A stretch of DNA of 377 bases from Escherichia coli (GTDB lineage: Bacteria; Pseudomonadota; Gammaproteobacteria; Enterobacterales; Enterobacteriaceae). Shown piece by piece: positions 1 through 377 of this stretch. The DNA lies in NCBI RefSeq assembly GCF_003334385.1, contig NZ_QOWN01000187.1; one strand, written 5' to 3'. A program made the translations under genes and the position numbers. Every line of letters starts with the position of its first letter. Positions within the stretch are counted from its first letter, which is position 1. The notes beneath the pieces were generated by a model, which ran no database searches, was not told the origin of the DNA, and saw nothing but the letters and a program-made list of their open reading frames with translations.

Positions 1-377
1 CACGATACCATTGCCAGAGTTGTATCCTGTATCAGTCCTGCAAAATTTCACGAGTGCTTTATTAACTGGATGCGTGATTGTCATTCTTCAGATGATAAAG
101 ACGTCATTGCAATTGATGGAAAAACGCTCCGGCATTCTTATGACAAGAGTCGCCGCAAGGGAGCGATTCATGTCATTAGTGCGTTCTCAACAATGCACAG
201 CCTGGTCATCGGACAGATCAGGACGGATGAGAAACCTAATGAGATCACAGCTATCCCTGAACTTCTTAACATGTTGGATATTAAAGGGAAAATCATCACG
301 ACTGATGCGATGGGTTGCCAGAAAGATATTGCAGAGAAGATACAAAAACAGGGAGGTGATTATTTATTCGCTGTAAA
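1..377 (+). CDS. ISAs1-family DDE transposase (H-repeat-associated protein), internal fragment; 5' and 3' ends lie outside the window
   Basis: Frame +1 (codons at 1-3, 4-6, ...) is open across all 125 complete codons. The translation contains blocks I recognise from E. coli H-repeat/ISAs1 transposases (yhhI/ydcC/ybfD group): [85 protein letters not shown]. The composition is that of a real protein, unlike the R/S/L-rich frame +2 translation. Recognition is from memory, not a database search. No gene symbol is given because several near-identical paralogs exist and 125 residues cannot distinguish them. Confidence 0.88.
1..377 (+). mobile_element. Interior of an ISAs1-family insertion sequence (H-repeat element); terminal inverted repeats and target-site duplications are not in the window
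   Basis: The window is wholly occupied by the transposase ORF. ISAs1-family elements are known to be single-ORF IS elements of roughly 1.2-1.5 kb, so the ends should lie several hundred bp beyond each side. Hand-counted GC is 160/377 (about 42%). Confidence 0.8.

Noticed and set aside
70-72. ATG at 70-72 as a possible start codon for the frame +1 ORF
   Set aside because: The recognisable transposase sequence ([23 protein letters not shown]) continues in frame upstream of this Met to nt 1, so it is an internal methionine. The true start lies upstream of the window.
11-320. Short sequence coincidences: hexamer TTGCCA at 11-16 and 315-320; palindromic GACGTC at 100-105
   Set aside because: Six-base matches and a single 6-bp palindrome are expected by chance in 377 bp. 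There is no extended repeat or inverted-repeat structure, so nothing suggests IS ends, a CRISPR repeat or a regulatory hairpin.
349-360. Shine-Dalgarno-like purine run (cagGGAGGTGAt, core at 352-359)
   Set aside because: No ATG, GTG or TTG follows at a suitable spacing in any frame within the window. The motif simply encodes Q-G-G-D of the transposase, so it is most likely coincidental.
11-376. Frame +2 ORF from the supplied track (121 aa, TTG start at 11, TAA stop at 374-376)
   Set aside because: The translation is dominated by Arg, Ser and Leu, typical of an off-frame read of a real gene, and has no motif I recognise. It lies entirely within the frame +1 transposase ORF, which has a recognisable protein sequence. 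Treated as a shadow ORF, not a gene.
1-377. Possibility that the window holds a novel defence or other undescribed system
   Set aside because: Every base is accounted for by one continuous, recognisable transposase reading frame. There is no intergenic space, no second credible ORF and no RNA-like structure. A claim of novelty would not be supported by the sequence.

Overview
The whole 377-bp window lies inside one gene: an ISAs1-family (H-repeat-associated, 'H-rpt') DDE transposase, read on the + strand in frame +1 (nt 1-377, no stop codons, truncated at both ends by the window). The supplied ORF track reports only a frame +2 ORF (11..376), which I judge to be a shadow ORF embedded in the real gene. 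My frame +1 translation is [127 protein letters not shown] recognise it from memory as closely matching the multi-copy H-repeat transposase-like proteins of Escherichia/Shigella (the yhhI/ydcC/ybfD paralog group); no search was run, so family is firm and paralog is not. No rRNA, tRNA, CRISPR, promoter or terminator is supportable. I see no evidence of a novel or undescribed system here; this is an interior fragment of a known insertion-sequence transposase. Anything interesting would be in what the element sits in or next to, which is outside the window.
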